64,000 nt of DNA from Tubiluchus corallicola (taxonomy: Eukaryota; Animalia; Priapulida). The DNA is taken from the NCBI GenBank assembly GCA_030141605.1, contig JAQGDQ010000782.1, forward strand, positions 1 to 64,000. The letters run 5' to 3'. Shown here piece by piece: positions 62,029 through 64,000 of the stretch; within the stretch, counting starts at the first letter, position 1, and the number at the start of each line of letters is the position of its first letter. A program made the translations under genes and the position numbers. The notes under the pieces are model-generated. The model did not search any database, was not told where the DNA came from, and was given only the letters and a program-made list of their open reading frames with translations.

Positions 62029-62808
62029 AAGTTTTAGCTTTCAGTTTATTCCTTAAAAGCAGGGAAATTTTAAGGAATTTTTGTACAAAATTGGGCAGGC
62101 TCCTAATAGCACATGTAACTGCTTATTAAGCCCTCTTCTGTACATCATTTATTATTTGAATGAACATTAGTAAACCAAGCCAAAAGAAATGATTTTATTA
62201 GCACTTTGTCTACGTTAAATTCGGACTATGTTTTCTCTAGCCGGGATAATAATGCTATAAATGCTTTTGTAAATCTTATCTCGGATGAATTTTTATCGTC
62301 ATTCGTCCGTATATAAACAGTCTGTTGGTGATGAAATTTTACAACTCTCGTCGTGTTTTCTATATGCTGTTTTGTGTTCATTTATGATTATGTGAATTTA
62401 CATTAGAATTAGAATTGGTAATTATGTTTATTATAATTGTACTCGCTGTTTTTCATTGTGTATAGTGTGTGTAAATTTTTATTACTATGTATTAAAATAC
62501 GTTCGTTATCTTTTATTACGTATGTATGTAGTGTTGGATTATAATTTGTAACTATGTCTATTGTATATGAACGTTGTCGTTCAATGTGTCTCATGCGTTG
62601 GATTCTAAATTATATATATTTATGTGAATAGGTTTAATACGTTGTAAAGGCTTTTAGAAATTTTAAACATATCCCTACAAATAGAGGCTATGTATTCTGT
62701 ACATAGTTTTTAAAAATAAATAATAATAATAATAATAATAATATTAATAATAATAATAATAATAATAATAACAACAACAACAATAATAATAATAATAATA
62801 ATAATAAC
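62029..62808 (+). mobile_element. 5'-truncated copy of the same LINE, (AAT)n tail
   Basis: Close match to 4330-5030. Confidence 0.75.
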
Positions 62809-62909
62809 TAGTAAAGGCCCCGCAAAAGATTTTGCGTATAAATACACGTGTAATCAATAATAATAATTCCGGTGTAAAAACTTGCAAATTAAACGAAGAA
62901 AGAATGATT

Positions 62910-63330
62910 TGTCGTTCCCTCGCTACTTCGCGGTTCGTTTATCGCGGAATCGCTGTTTCGCGGGTTTTTGCGGTACTCCGTCTAAAGTACTTTTGCACAT
63001 GCCTAGTACGTATTGTACAGTAATGTATAGATTTGATGAATTTTGCATAAAAAATCACAAAATGTATAAAAATATATTAAAAATATTAATTCTAACGTTA
63101 AAAGAATATTATAAATCATAAAAAATTACCATTTACAGTAAATAGTGCATTTATTCGGCGGACGAATACACACAAAAAACGAAATGTAGTACTTGCGCCC
63201 GCTTGAGATGCTACTTGCCGACGTCAGATTGTACACAACACACGATAAGAGTGTGGGGTGGATTTATAAAGACTTAGAATAATCTATAATTACTAAAATA
63301 TGTATAGGGTCCCTACTTCGCGGAAATTCG
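62910..63330. mobile_element. pogo/Tigger-like MITE, truncated by a family A insertion
   Basis: GTCGTTCCCTCGCTACTTCGCGGTTCG terminus and CCCTACTTCGCGGA subterminal motif. Confidence 0.6.
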
Positions 63331-63334
63331 CACA

Positions 63335-63860
63335 CTGTACTACCCCATTTTTAAATCCGATAAAACGTAACATTTCAACACAATTAATACTGCAAAAGCA
63401 TTTCTGATAATTAAATAATGGATTAAAAACTTAATTAACGACGGGCGTGCGCAACTATTGATGACATCACAAACTAACGTAATTTTCAACTACAGTCCTA
63501 GTGTAAGATAGTCAATGTGTTGTACTATAACTTGTCAAGTTTTAAGATAAAAGTTCTAATTTCAAAAATTATCGCTGTGGTCACGCGTGAGCTCTCGAAC
63601 GTGCGCAGTTCGTCACAAATTAACGCATCTGAACTGAGAGGTACAACACCTGTTTTGTGCAATGCATTTCCGAATTGAGGCGAGTGTGCCCGCAAATGGC
63701 GAAATACAGGTAACAGAGAAGAACTAGTGGCGCGAATGTGAAATCATATTTGTGTGGTGATAATTCTTTCACGTGAGTCATTTTTGAAAAAAATTGTATA
63801 TTTCCTTTTAATATTTTGTAGATTGTTTTTACCTGCAGTTTGGGCCATGTTTTGGTTTGA
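63335..63860 (+). mobile_element. MITE family A copy (left end missing)
   Basis: Shared body. Confidence 0.75.
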
Positions 63861-64000
63861 GTTATTTTCAAAAAAAGAAAAAGAAGAAAAATTGAGGAAA
63901 AATATCGAAAAGATAAAACATGAAAAGAAAGAAAACGCAGGAAAGATAAACAAAAGAAAAAAATAATTAAGAAATGACATACGAAATAAACAACAAATAC

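Overview
AT-rich, repeat-dense animal (invertebrate) genomic DNA, not prokaryotic. Nearly all long ORFs in the supplied track are artefacts of satellites and microsatellites. The main gene is a 16-coding-exon minus-strand gene (CDS 56496 to 24630; 2007 nt, 668 aa) that I assembled by hand from GT-AG boundaries with consistent phases. It encodes signal peptide + 2x DM13 + DOMON + C-terminal Knickkopf/Skeletor-type domain + GPI-type tail, i.e. a Knickkopf/Skeletor-family protein. Its 8.9-kb intron 2 holds an intact 160-aa MATH/TRAF-like ORF lying between two solo LTRs of one family. Intron 14 is almost entirely a 1.5-kb palindrome with tRNA-like Pol III units in both arms. Head-to-head with this gene, the first coding exon of a probable natriuretic-peptide-receptor/receptor guanylyl cyclase starts at 60094. 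The rest is Kolobok-, hAT-, piggyBac-, pogo- and Helentron-like MITEs, LINE/RTE/Penelope remnants, tRNA- and 5S-derived SINEs, and many tandem arrays, several of which arose inside mobile elements. All family assignments are by eye from motifs; no searches were run.
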